DNA of 64,000 nucleotides from Octopus vulgaris (Eukaryota), in the NCBI GenBank assembly GCA_951406725.2, contig OX597829.1, forward strand, positions 1,426,001 through 1,490,000, in the 5' to 3' direction. A program made the position numbers and the translations under genes. This document shows positions 1 through 13,469 of the stretch, piece after piece (within the stretch, counting starts at the first letter, position 1; the number at the start of each line of letters is the position of its first letter). Under the pieces are notes generated by a model. The model ran no database searches, was not told where the DNA came from, and worked only from the letters and a program-made list of their open reading frames with translations.

Positions 1-125
1 TATGTATGTATGTATGTATGTATGTATGTATGTGTGTGTGTATGTATGTATCTATCTATCTATCTGTCCATCCATCCACCTACCTACCTACCTATCTACC
101 CATCCATCGATCCATCGATCCATCC

Positions 126-184
<59 letters not shown>

Positions 185-210
185 CATGTATGTATGTATG
201 TATGTATGCA
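1..210. repeat. Compound tetranucleotide microsatellite (TATG/TCTA/TCCA)
   Basis: Direct reading of tandem units. Confidence 0.95.
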
Positions 211-1337
211 TCTCTGTATATCCATAAAAGGCTCTATAGTTAGTTACATATTATTTCATGAGAATTTTGTTAAATATTCCCTTTTACTAAAATCTGTTCA
301 TCACTTTATTACTACGTATGCTTATTTCTTTGCTCCTTACCCGTTTATTGTAACTCTTTAGAAATATTCTAATTTACGTAACAAATAACGATATGTAACA
401 AATAACTTTATGTAACAAAGCATTTGGCAAAACAGATGCTATGAAGAATCGTGTTTGGGAATATTAAGTGATGTCTTTAGCACATATTTCTAGACAAAAA
501 CCCGTATGACTAAAAGAACTATGTCTCATCTCCACGTTTCGTTCAGTTGGTTATTGTTGTCACTTATTAATATTTTCCCCTCTTTCTACCAGAAATAGCT
601 GTTTGTAAATCAGATATTTAAGATTGCTTAAATCAGATAAACCAAAACAGACTACTTATTCATCTCAACAGAACAAACTAATGTGAATTATTTCTATATT
701 GTAAATAATTCCACTGTAAGACTTAAACGTAATTATGTCTTAAATACGTAAGCATGCATACATAACATAAGAAGAAGAAAAAAATACCAACAATATCAAA
801 AACACAACACTTGGCATGTATACATAACATAGTTCAATATTAGAAGAATGTTAGTTCTTACGTAAAACAAAATGGTATATAATATCAAAGACATGCAAAA
901 ACAAAACACACAAAAAAGATGCAAAATTATTACAGAAAACTATTTGGGAAAATGTTTCCAATGTAGACACACATATGTTGGGTAAAAGACACTGGTAATG
1001 ATGAATCAATTAAAGTGATAGATGTTTTGTTCATTGGCAAAAGCTATTAGACTTAGAATGGCACTTTTGGGAAGCTAGAAATGGAGATCTTAATCTTAAC
1101 ATATAACTTTCTCGTGTTTTGCTTTTTCTTCTGTCTGCTTTCTTTCTTTTTTCTTTTTCTCTCTTTTTCTTGTCTTAGACAGATTTTTACGATAAAATAC
1201 ATTAAGTAGGAAAATCATTACTGCTAATGGGATCGGCTAAATAGTTTAACCCCCGAGCAAGAAATTTTATGAGTGGGTGTGAAAAGCTCTGCCTGAGTAA
1301 GAATGAATGTAAAACTACGCATGTTACAAGAGACATA

Positions 1338-1399
<62 letters not shown>

Positions 1400-2245
1400 A
1401 CACACACACACACACACATACACACACGCACACACACATACACATGCACACTCACATACACACACACACACACACACGCATTTTAGACTAAATGTAAAAT
1501 TAAGGATATGAAAGCATATACCTAGGTGTGTCTGTGTGTGTGTGTGTGTGTATCCATTCGCATACAAACGATGTATGTTTATGCATCTGTATATCTGTGT
1601 GTAATTATAGATATTAATGTATGAGCTTAAACAATACGCACATATATATATACACCCGTCTTTAGAAATAGTTTATTTGCGTTGATGTCTCATGTGTGAC
1701 TCTATTTCAGAACAGCAACAGATACTCGTAGACATACTTGCATACATAGATTACGCATGAGGCCCACCTATACTGCGACAAACAGACACACATATACGGG
1801 ACACAATCACAAACAGAGACAGAGATTCACACACACAAGCACACACACACACACGCACATACACACACAATTTATATTTATATATATGTATGTATGTATG
1901 TATATATATATGTATGTATGTATGTATATGTATATATATACATATATATATATATATGCATGTATGCACATATATGTATGCATGTATGTATATACATATG
2001 TATATTATATACATATATATGTGTGTGTGTGTATATATATATTGTTTGGCAAATGGCTTGAACGAAACTTTAGGCCAATGAGTAATGTATGAAGATTTAT
2101 CACTAATTCACACATATGCCCTCCCACACACACACACACACACCTATACACACATACATTAAACCATATAAGTTCATACACTCGCGTATGCTGACATATT
2201 CATACACGGAACACACAGGACACACACATACAGAACACACACACA

Positions 2246-2294
<49 letters not shown>

Positions 2295-2733
2295 TGCACA
2301 CGCACACACGCAAATACAAACATGCAGCGGGGCCCCCGTCTACATTTATGTATGTAGATAAGTCTGTATAGATTAAGATTTGAGCTAAATACATAGTCTG
2401 GTGTAGATGTTGGTCGCAATGTTTTGTTTGTGGGGCTGGTACAAATCCCTTGTCCCCCGTGTCAGTCATAAAACTGCAATAAACTTGATTTATGGGCAAC
2501 TAGGTAAGTGTGTGGAGGCGAGATGGCGGTGTAATGATACAAATATGCCTTGAAAACATGTCATTCGTGACTTTGGAATAATATTTGCAATGTGTGTCCA
2601 CCACAGATAGTTAACTGTAGTAGTTTTGGGATATAAACAGTAGTGAAGAACACACACACATACAGCCAGCCGCTTTAAACACACGCCCCTACATGCATAC
2701 TTACACAAACAAACAAACACACACAGATACACA

Positions 2734-2777
<44 letters not shown>

Positions 2778-2910
2778 TGCAGGCGTATTTGTTGGTACTG
2801 CCGTTATTATTTATATCACATGCACACTCTTGTGAAGAACTATGTAAATATATATATATATATACATTCACGCACATACACACACACACACACACATATA
2901 TACATAATAT

Positions 2911-2941
<31 letters not shown>

Positions 2942-2953
2942 CATAATATACAT

Positions 2954-3008
<55 letters not shown>

Positions 3009-3100
3009 CATACACATATATATATATATATACACACTCACACATATATACATAATATACATATATATACACATATATATATACATACATACATATACAC

Positions 3101-3179
<79 letters not shown>

Positions 3180-3316
3180 CACATACACAGAGACACAAAC
3201 AGACAGCCACACACAAATATTGTATTCGCTGCCACTAGCAATGGCATTTTTAATAGTACTATCGCTCTTATATTTATTTATATATGCATACATAACCACA
3301 GACTTACGTATACATT

Positions 3317-3865
3317 CGCAGGAGTGGCTATGTGGTAAGTAGCTTGCGTACCAACCACATGGTCCCAGGTTCAGTCCCACTGCGTGGCACCTTGGGCAAC
3401 TGTCTTCTACTATAGCTTCGGGCCGACCAAAGCCTTCTGAGTGGATTTGGTTGACGGAAACTGAAAGAAGCCCGTCGTATATGTATATATATATATATGT
3501 GTGTATGTATGTGTGTGTATATGCCTGTGTGTCTGTTTGTCCCCACCCCCAGCATCGTTTGGCAATACGCACATCTTTAGAAATAGTGTATTTGCATTGG
3601 TGACTCATGTGACTCTATTTCAGAACAGCAATGTTATATATGCATGTGTGTGTGTATATGTTTGTATGTGTCCCCCTACCCAACATCGCTTGACAGCCGA
3701 TGCTGGAGTATTTACGTCCCCGTAACTTAACGGTTCGGCAAAAGAAAACGATAGAATAAGTCACTTGGTTTACAAAGAATAAGCTCTGGAGTCGATATGT
3801 TCGACTAAAGGCGGTGCTCCAGTATGGGCTGTCAAACAACTGAGACAAGTAAGAGAGTAAAATGA
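3317..3865 (+). mobile_element. SINE family B (tRNA-like head, internal microsatellite, conserved tail), with an internal insertion
   Basis: Head cgcaggagtggctatgtggtaag...ggttcagtccc has A/B-box-like motifs; same head and tail recur at 8.7, 12.5, 16.0, 25.0 and 52.1 kb. Confidence 0.85.
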
Positions 3866-4332
3866 GAGTATACATATGTGCACTAAGTGCCTGCATGTAT
3901 AAATTCATATATGCGCGCGTGCGTGCTAATATATATATATAAGCTTGTGTGCTTGTGTGTATATTTATGAATGCACGCACACCCGCGTACACAACAACAA
4001 CAACCAAAGAAACTGCAATGATGAGATTAATAATTATCGTCCTTTCATTTGTTAATCTCGTTTTTCTTGAGTTCTATCTGTCTCTAAGTGAGCTACAAAC
4101 ATAGGAAGAGCTTGAATATTGCAGTTAACACTTGCTTGTTATAGTTTGAAATAAAACGCAAGGTTATACAAAGAATATGTATTCCGTAGCGGTTTATGTT
4201 ATATCAGGATGGCACCGTTGATATAGCAGAAGAAGAAGAATTCAATGAATGCCAATAATATTTTCGAAAATTCTGAAAGCTCGGAAGAATAAAAAGTTTT
4301 CGAAGAATATGAGACAAAACTTTACGAGTATA

Positions 4333-4567
4333 TATATCTTTATTGCCCACAAGGGGGTAAACACAGAGGGGACAAACAAGGACAGACACACGGATTAAGC
4401 CGATTTCATCGACATCAGTGCGTAACTGGTGCTTAATTCATCGACCCCGAAAGGATGAAAGGCAAAGTCGACCTCGGCGGAATTTGAAACCAGAACGTAA
4501 CGGCAGACGAAATACGGCTACGCGTTTCGCCCGGCGTGCTAACGTTTCTGCCAGCTCGCCGCCTTAT
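4333..4567 (-). mobile_element. SINE family A (tRNA-derived head, MetaSINE-like core)
   Basis: Multi-copy in window; 14-bp TSD actttacgagtata at 4319-4332 and 4568-4581; core gactttgcctttcatcctttcggggtcgat resembles the Meta domain as recalled. Confidence 0.9.
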
Positions 4568-5398
4568 ACTTTACGAGTATAAATAGCTGATATATTTGCG
4601 AGTATATTTAGCCCTTCCTCAGTAGTTAAATTTGAGACATACACTGAGCATTTGACCCTTTGCCTGTCTAAAGCATCTTCATAAGTTTATCCTAACACAT
4701 CCCTGCTTGTTTTCAGAGTTTTAGTTAGCCCTTCTTTTATACATTAGTGGTTGAAAAATATTGGGGATGTGTATCATATCTGATATATATATATACACGC
4801 CATAGAAATACGTCCTGTGTATCGCATGTGGTAAACGGTACAGGAAAGGAGTTATGAGAGCCAGCGTACTTAAGACTATACGTTGTTGTCGATGCTTAAG
4901 ACCTTGTTAAGCCCTCATGATCCAACAGTATGTAGTAGAATGTGTTTTAATCATGACTGTGCAATCTTCAGAAATTGCGTACTTAGGAATTCGTTGACTA
5001 AATGTTTCTTCCGTACTCAAAAGACATTACTATGTGACTTTGAATAACATTTTGTGGTTTTTCCGGGTGTTGGCTCGTACAATTTTATCAGTTTTTTTCA
5101 CCAGCAGATTTGATGAAAAATTAATCAAAATAGTCTTCGGATCTATCTGAAACACTATCCCAATCTTCCTTGTAGATTAATCAAACTACACCGGGATGTT
5201 CAGTTTGAAAATTTGTCGGTCAAAATCGGTATGAAAATATTTGGTGCAGAATGACATCGGAAGTTGGAATAAATGGGAAAGAAAGATGGGTAAAGTACCT
5301 ATAAATTACTAGCAGTGCCCGTGGAAATTCCACAGTTATTTTGAAAATTGAATGATTAAATCGTATAGTTTTTTTAAACATTTGATTTTTGAGAAATA

Positions 5399-7306
5399 CC
5401 GTGTTTCCCCGAAAATAAAACCCGGTCTTATATTAATTTTGCATAAAAAAAAACGCACTAGGGCTTATTTCTGGGGGATGTCTTGTATTTTTGCGGAAAA
5501 AAATCCAAGAAAGACAAAAAAAGTCTCATGTCCTTATGTTAAAAGGAAAAATTGTAAAAAGGAAACCCATGTTTTTTTGTTACCAAAAGTCTATTTGCTT
5601 ATTATTTTTAGTCAAGTACAAATATTTCATCCTCTTCTGGAACATCGCCATAAATCACCAAAACCCGAACTTCAGACTGAATTTCTTGCAAATCCATTTC
5701 TTGTAGAATCATGGACCCTAATCTCTCACGTTTGGCAATATAATTTTCTTACCTTGCTCGCACTGCAGTGGCAACGCATCTGTCGGTAATTTTATTCCAT
5801 GTGTTCTTCACCCAATTCACGACTTCTTGGAGGTTGGTTTTGACAAAGTCTCCATGCTGATTTCTTTCAATTCTATGTTCGATATATTCATTCACTTCAA
5901 TCCGCAAATAATCCTTGAAAGGCTTGTTTATCACAAGATCTTATGTTTGTAGATATGAAGTCTTCCCCGCGGGAATCATTATGTGGTCAATTCTTCTTTC
6001 AGAAAAGAAGGTTTTCATATCTTTTGCGCGATGGATACTGGCCGAATCCCATACTAAAAGTTTTCTTTGAGAACCACGTAAAAACAAGTGGTATAGTTAA
6101 ATTAACCCATTTTATTATGACAGCTTCTGTGCATCAAACCTTTTCCGTTTCAAGGACATAAATGCCCGAAACTCTGTTTTCTCTCTTTTGCCCTTTGTGG
6201 TGATAAGTGGTGAGACTTTTGTTCCATCAAAACGAATTGCTAAAATGCAAGTAACTCTTGGCCTTTCATAACCTGTTGAGGCAATGTAGATTGACAAGGC
6301 ACTTGTCTGTTCAGTTGTTGTTTTAGATCCTTGGTCCATAAATACTGCAGTCTCATCCATAGCAATTATATTGGAGAGATTCTATTTAGAAAAGTCGATG
6401 CCTATTTCTTTACTACCCACAAGGGGCTAAACAGAGAGGGGACAAACAATCGACCCCTGTGCGTAACTGGTACTTAATTTATCGACCCCGAAAGGATGAA
6501 AGGCAAAGTCGACCTCGACGGAATTCGAACTCAGAACGTAACGGCAGACGAAATATGGCTACGCATTTCGCCCGGCGTGCTAACGTTTCTGCCAGCTCGC
6601 CGCCTTGAAAAGTCGATAACATCAACGAAGGACATGAACGCAAGTGCACATTGACTCACTTCAGCATCCTCCAGTTTGAACTGTGCTGTCGATCTTCTTA
6701 GAGAGAGCTCATATCGCCCAAGCTCATATCAAACCAATGAGAGGATGCTTTGAATATCACTGGAGGTACATCCAACTGTGGTGCCATTGCAACAGCAAAT
6801 TCTTGAATATCTACCCTGCGTACAACCAAAGCCTTTGTTCTTCTGTTAGTAATCCATCGCGCGGTGATATCTTCCAGTTCCGAAAATAACGGTTGTCAAC
6901 CTGATTCACACTTGCGCTTCTTGGAACTTCCCTCATTTACCTGACTGCTGAAATTATCCTACTCGGCTCGCCATTTTTGAACCATTCGGAGATCCGATAT
7001 CTCCTCCTCTCAGAAAGACGTAAGATCCTTGTTATGTGACTCTTCCATAATTCCTCTCTCGTACTCCACAGAATAAATCTTTCTTTTTGTACTCAACTTA
7101 CCTGGGGGACAAGGGAGTCAACTCTGTACATGCGCGCTTAGCGCAGACTTTAGCCAAGCTCCTGTAGTTGGTTTATTTTACAAACATCACATGGTCTTGC
7201 TAACAAGCCGATGCATTTTTGACTAGGTCTTATTTTCGGGGTAGGGCTTATATTAAAAACATCCTGAAAAATCATGGGAGTTGGTCTTATTTTCGGGGAA
7301 ACACGG
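5399..7306 (-). mobile_element. Degenerate pogo/Tigger-like DNA transposon
   Basis: TIRs ccgtgtttccccgaaaataa / ttattttcggggaaacacgg flanked by TA; minus-strand transposase fragments MDETAVF...TGYERPRVTCILAIRFDGTKVSPLI and INKPFKDYLR; frameshifted. Confidence 0.9.
6400..6606 (-). mobile_element. SINE family A inserted into the pogo transposase
   Basis: 11-bp TSD gaaaagtcgat at 6389-6399 and 6607-6617. Confidence 0.9.
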
Positions 7307-7342
7307 TATGTGAAAATCTACACAGGCAGTATTGAAGGGGAA

Positions 7343-7670
<328 letters not shown>

Positions 7671-8059
7671 AATAATACAGACCTTCTCTCTCCCCCCCCT
7701 CTCTCTCTCTCTTTCTCTCTCATTGCCTTTCTTTAACCGCACCATCGTCTCTACATCACTACCTTCAACTAACATATTTAACCCTCTAATAAATATTACG
7801 TTCCCCCTACCTCACGTCATAGACACATTTCTCTCCGTCTTTCTCTCTCTCTCCTTTTCTCTCTCTCTCTCTCTTTTCCTCTCCCTCCTCCCATTTCTTA
7901 ATTATTTGACAGTGTAACCCGCATTAATATATAGACACGTGATATAGATTAAACTGCGTCAGAGACTATGAACAGAAAATGAACGAGTCCGTTCGTTCGA
8001 TCTTCCCGAATTTAAATGTATTGACACAGACGCGGGTGTCTGGTTAAGAAGTTTTCTTC

Positions 8060-8469
8060 GATCTTTTCGGTTTGAACGGCAGTTTTTTCTAGCGGTGTCA
8101 TATGAAATTGTCACCCATAATTATGACCCTAGTATCGATCTATTGCATTTCAATCTATTTTAGGGTTAGCGTTAGGGTTAGGGGTGGGGGGAAGGGTATC
8201 TTTTTTTCTTCAGAAATTTAAATAAACCCAATCTGTTTCTTAAACGAGGGACATATTCATACGGCACAGAATGTTTTCACCTCAACAGACTTCATTGATT
8301 GGTTGAAATTGCAGAAATTGAAGAGAAAAAAAACAACAAATATCTTACAAACTATAGAATTTTATCAATAAAGCCAAGAGAAAAAGACATTCTACCAGTA
8401 TACGAAGTTTAAAAGTGTTTAGTTACCTAGAAATTATGTTAAAAACTGCCGTTCAAACCGAAAAGATCC
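8060..8469. mobile_element. MITE with ~28-bp TIRs, 8-9 bp TSD and internal TTAGGG-like repeats
   Basis: gatcttttcggtttgaacggcagttttt ... aaaaactgccgttcaaaccgaaaagatc; gttttcttc at 8051-8059 and 8470-8478; interrupts an old family B-like SINE (~8030-8720). Confidence 0.85.
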
Positions 8470-8721
8470 GTTTTCTTCGAATGCATGTAGTTTCTGGTTA
8501 GACCCTCTGCACTGCACATTGGGGAAAATCTCGTACCGTCAAAATGCTACTCGTGACGACTATGATTGACGAAAGTTGCTCGATGTCTGTCGTATAAGTT
8601 TGTATACGTGAGTGTATACATATACGCGTACGAGTGTGTATGTGTCTTCGTGTTTGTCCTCGCACCGCTTGTAAACCGGTGTCTAGCTAAAATAGCGACT
8701 CTGGCAAAATAATTGATGGGA

Positions 8722-8971
8722 TACTCTCTTTTACGCTTTTTTATTTGTTTCACTGATTTTTACTGCGGCCATGCTGGAGCACCGCCTTTAGTCGAACAAA
8801 TCAACCCCGGGACTTACTCTTCGTAAGCCTAGTACTTATTCCATTGGTCACTTTCGCTGAACCGCTAAGTTACAGGGACGGAAACAATAGCATCGGTTGT
8901 CAAGCGATGGTAGTGGGGCAAGCACACACACAAACACACAAATATATGCATATACATATATACATACATCC

Positions 8972-9027
<56 letters not shown>

Positions 9028-9063
9028 GCATATACGTATATATATATATATATATATACATGC

Positions 9064-9110
<47 letters not shown>

Positions 9111-9201
9111 GGGCTTCTTTCAGTTTTCGTGTACCAAATCCACTCACAAGGCTTTGGTCGGCCCGAGGCTATAGTACAAGAAACTTGCCCAACGTGCCAC
9201 A
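8722..9201 (-). mobile_element. SINE family B, 5'-truncated
   Basis: Reverse-complement match to the 3317 and 25046 copies, with a central (TA)n. Confidence 0.85.
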
Positions 9202-9645
9202 CGTTAGTACATTAGCAGTAAGTATTGTGATTCTTATTTGAGATTTCTCATAGATTAGTAATTTATAGAGGGGGAGGGGGTCCAATTCGACCAATTCGGT
9301 ACACAATTTTGATTTCTTCAAAATATAATCAGACAGATAAATTTATACTAGCCCACCCTCCAACCCCTCATCTATATACACACAAGGGATCTCATTCTTC
9401 GATTTATGTTTGACGTGAAATTCTGAGATTCAGAATTGTGCTCGAACCCGGGATATTTGAACATATTTTCCGTAAAGATGAAAAAGCATAGCTTAGTGAC
9501 TAGAATATTGTACACACAATCACAAAATATTGGTTTCAATTTCCTCACCATGTATTGCGTAGTAAGTAAGTAAGAAAATTCTGCAAGTCATGTAATGAAT
9601 CTCATAGCTTGAAACCAACTAAGAAATACAATTACAAATTGGTAG

Positions 9646-9749
<104 letters not shown>

Positions 9750-9857
9750 AGAGAGAGAGAGAGAGGAAGAGTGTGAGAGAGTAGAGAGAAATAATTTACC
9801 CTTTTTTTTTGTTTCGATGATCGTCTTGCAGGAGTTACGTTAATGGCTAAACGAATA

Positions 9858-10091
9858 CCTATTTCTTTACTACCCACAAGGGGCTAAACACAGGGAGGAC
9901 AAACAAGGACAGACAAACGGATTAAGTCGATTACATCGACCCCAGTGCGTAACTGGTACTTAATTTTTCGACCCTGAAAGGATGAAAGGCAAAGTCGTCC
10001 TCGGCGGAATTTGAACTCAGAACGTAACGGCAGACGAAATACGGCTACGCATTTCGCCCGGCGTGCTAACGATTCTGCCAGCTCGCCGCCC
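9858..10091 (-). mobile_element. SINE family A
   Basis: Full-length match to other copies; imperfect TSD gctaaacgaatacc / gctaaacaaatacc. Confidence 0.9.
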
Positions 10092-10285
10092 TAATTTGCT
10101 AAACAAATACCAGTTCATTGTAAGTGACCTCCTGCAATATTCCGCTTTGTTTCAACTCTAAATGAGCCATCAGACGAGTTGATGTTTTGAGCATTGTGTG
10201 CTTGAATGAAGATTTTGGTAAGAATCTTTACGTTGGTTTTAGTTAGCACAAATTAAATTGAGTTCATGTGTAGTACTTGATGCAT

Positions 10286-10845
10286 CGAATGTGTTAGGGT
10301 CGTGTATAGCTTCAGTTGCCATGAGTAAGAGTTGATGTGTAATTTTAGTCACCTCGAATGTGCTAGATGTGGTGTATGGTTTTAGATACTTCAAATTGGG
10401 TAGGTTTGGTGTATGATTTTAGTTGACTTGAATTGCATAGGATTGGTGTGTAGCTCTAGCTGCCTCGAATTGCATGAGATTGGTGTATGGTTTTAGTTAC
10501 CGCGAATTGTGTAGGGATAGTGTATGGGTCTAGTTACTATTGTTGCTTCGAATGTGTTAGTGTCGCAGGTTTTTTTAATTGGAAAAAGTAATCGGAGGAG
10601 AACTTGCAGGCAAATGACCTTCAATTAGCGGACTTACGTGGAGTTGATGCATGTTAGCAACATGTGAAATGCCGATGAAAATAGATAGCACTAGATGATT
10701 AAAAACTGAATAACATCTCCGAACTACGACCCTAACTACGCCCCTAACACATTCGAGGCAACTAAAACCATATACTACCCCTATCCATTTCGACGCAATT
10801 AAACCCATACTGCTATTCCTACATAACTTGAAGCAATTAACCCAT
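10286..10845. repeat. Degenerate ~37-bp minisatellite in two oppositely oriented blocks around a spacer
   Basis: Units like tcgaatgtgctagatgtggtgtatggttttagatact (~7 copies, 10286-10565); about 3 reverse-complement units at 10730-10845. Confidence 0.7.
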
Positions 10846-11155
10846 AGAATTTAGGAGAACCCAAAATTGTTCTTATTGCAACGATATACTACGTATTTCC
10901 TTCCATAGTTCATCATCATCTGGTCGGGTATGCTTAGACATTTTTAATCCGCACATGCCATCCACCTCGGTCTTACATTAGTTGAAGGAAATCTTCGGGG
11001 AGGCATCCAGTGTCTCTTATGAGTTGAGCTGCATATGTTGTATTGGAATGACCTGTTCGAATACGGCCGTGGTTTCGCTTCTGTAACAAAAGATCGCTTG
11101 CCGGCTCTTGTTTAGCTTACTGGAAAAGTTCTGCAAAGCACAAACGCCTTCTTTT

Positions 11156-11197
<42 letters not shown>

Positions 11198-11723
11198 CAT
11201 ACACAATTTTGATGTCTATATCTAGCATACAGGCTGTCCACTTTTTGTGGTCAATCCTCTAAATTTTATATGTAAAAATTTTTTAATCTTCGGATTTTTA
11301 AAAATATGCTAGGCCACTGGTTTTAATTGATTAATATCAATTTCTACCCTTATTTAATTATATATATATATATATATTATAATAATCTAGTACTCTCTAT
11401 TTTCATCGGCTTTCACATGTTTCGCATCAGTTCCACATAACAACCCTAGATCAGAGTCATTTAACTGGTGGCATTACTGCAAAATCTCTGCCCATTACTT
11501 TTGCCAGCAAAAGAACTGCCACCCTGACACATTCGAGGTGAGTTGATCTACATACGTTGTGTTTGAACGACCTGTTCATGTACGGCCATATTTCGGCATC
11601 TATAACAATAGGTCACTTGCCAGCAATGTCCTGCAAAGTACACGCGCATTTGTTTTGTAATGATGGAAACAGGCAGATCTCTATAGAGTTGTTTCTTGGT
11701 GGGATGAGTCAAGATATGCTTAA

Positions 11724-11943
11724 CCCTTTAATGTTTAAACCGGGCATATCTGGCCCAGATATTCCACATGTTTTATATTCAAACTGGCCAAATCTAGCCT
11801 CTTACTCCTAACCTTCATTGACATTCTAAAAATTAACAATCACGTCGTTGAAACCTCAAAGCTATAACATAATGCATGATTAATTCAAAACAATTTGAGT
11901 GGAAAAGTATTACATTTAACAGAGTAATCTGAACACTGAAGGG
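11724..11943. mobile_element. piggyBac-like MITE
   Basis: TTAA-CCCTT...AAGGG-TTAA termini with imperfect TIRs ccctttaatgttta / tgaacactgaaggg. Confidence 0.7.
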
Positions 11944-12364
11944 TTAAATATATCTTCAACAGATGATATATGTAAATGATATTGCAGTATTCGATGGCAC
12001 AAAAGAAGGATGGGTATATTAGATGCATCTCAATTTCAGCAGCGCACATTCAGGAGGAAAAAAAAGGTTTCTAATGCATTAAATCGTGTTTTCAGATCCA
12101 ACATTCGCATTCAGGATTCGAGGTGATTTTTTCAAAGACATTTTTTTCACAAAAATGAGCTTCTTACGTGCCATCAAATATGGTAGTTGATGAACGAAGG
12201 ACATAAAGTCGCACACAAAAGCAAGCACAACGCACGCATATGCACACTCACACGCATACTCATACATACATAGACTCTTCCTCTCTCCTGTCCAGCTGCA
12301 TCACACTCACTCCATCTTTATTTGTCCCTCAGATGCGCTCGCGCACGCAAACAGGTTGCGCAGG

Positions 12365-12427
12365 GCATATACGAAAAATAAATTTGCATATACGAAAAAT
12401 AAATTTGCATATACGAAAAATAAATTT
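12365..12427. repeat. Perfect 21-bp tandem triplication
   Basis: gcatatacgaaaaataaattt x3. Confidence 0.95.
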
Positions 12428-12450
12428 GCGGATATATTGTAAATACTAGC

Positions 12451-12845
12451 CTTACTCTTTTACTTGTTTCAATCATTTGACTGTGGCCATGCTGGAGCAC
12501 CACCTTTTAGACGAGCAAATCGACCCCAGGACTTATTCTTTGTAAGCCTAGTACTTATTCTATCGGTCTCTTTTGCCGAACCGCTAAGTTACAGGGACGT
12601 AAACACACCAGTATCGGTTGTCAAGCGATGTTGGGGTGACACAGTCACACAAACACACACAGACATACACATATACATATATACGACGGGCTTCTTTCAG
12701 TTTCCGTCTACCTAATCCACTCACAAGACTTTGGTCGGCCCGAGGCTATAGTAGAAGACACTTGCCCAAGGTGCCTCTCAGTGGAACTGAACCCGGAACC
12801 ATGTGGTTGGAAAGCAAGCTACTTACCATACAGCCACTCCTACGC
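12451..12845 (-). mobile_element. SINE family B, near full length
   Basis: Reverse-complement match to other family B copies, including the tRNA-like head. Confidence 0.88.
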
Positions 12846-12999
12846 TTATAAAGAAATTTAAACATTTACATGTTTAAATTTTTGTTTTAGGAAATATTAG
12901 GAAATTGCAACGATTGCTATCTGAAAATGTCTCATATTTAAAGTTGAATTGTTTTCAGAAAGTAATTTCAAATCAAATTTCAGGTTGGTCAAGATTTTG

Positions 13000-13061
<62 letters not shown>

Positions 13062-13410
13062 ATGTGTGTGCGTGTGTGTGTGAGTGTGTGTGTATGTGTG
13101 TGTGTGTATCGGTGGGCACGGCCGTTTATGTGTGTGTATGCATGCATGTATGTTTACACACATCTACGTATACATACATATATATTAATACATACACATA
13201 TATCCACACACACACACACACACATATATATATTTATATATATATATATATATATAAATCGATATACATATATACACATATTATTCATTTATATATATAC
13301 ATATATACATATATATATACACATATATATACATATTTATATATATATGTATATATATGTATATACATATATATCGATATACATATTTATATGTATATAC
13401 ATATATATCG

Positions 13411-13469
<59 letters not shown>

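Noticed and set aside
5040-5345. Possible DNA transposon or Helitron-like end (tactagcagtgcccgtgg)
   Set aside because: No partner terminus, TSD or second copy found in the window
12365-12427. 21-bp direct repeats (and SINE concatemers) as CRISPR-like arrays
   Set aside because: No unique spacers, no cas genes, eukaryotic context
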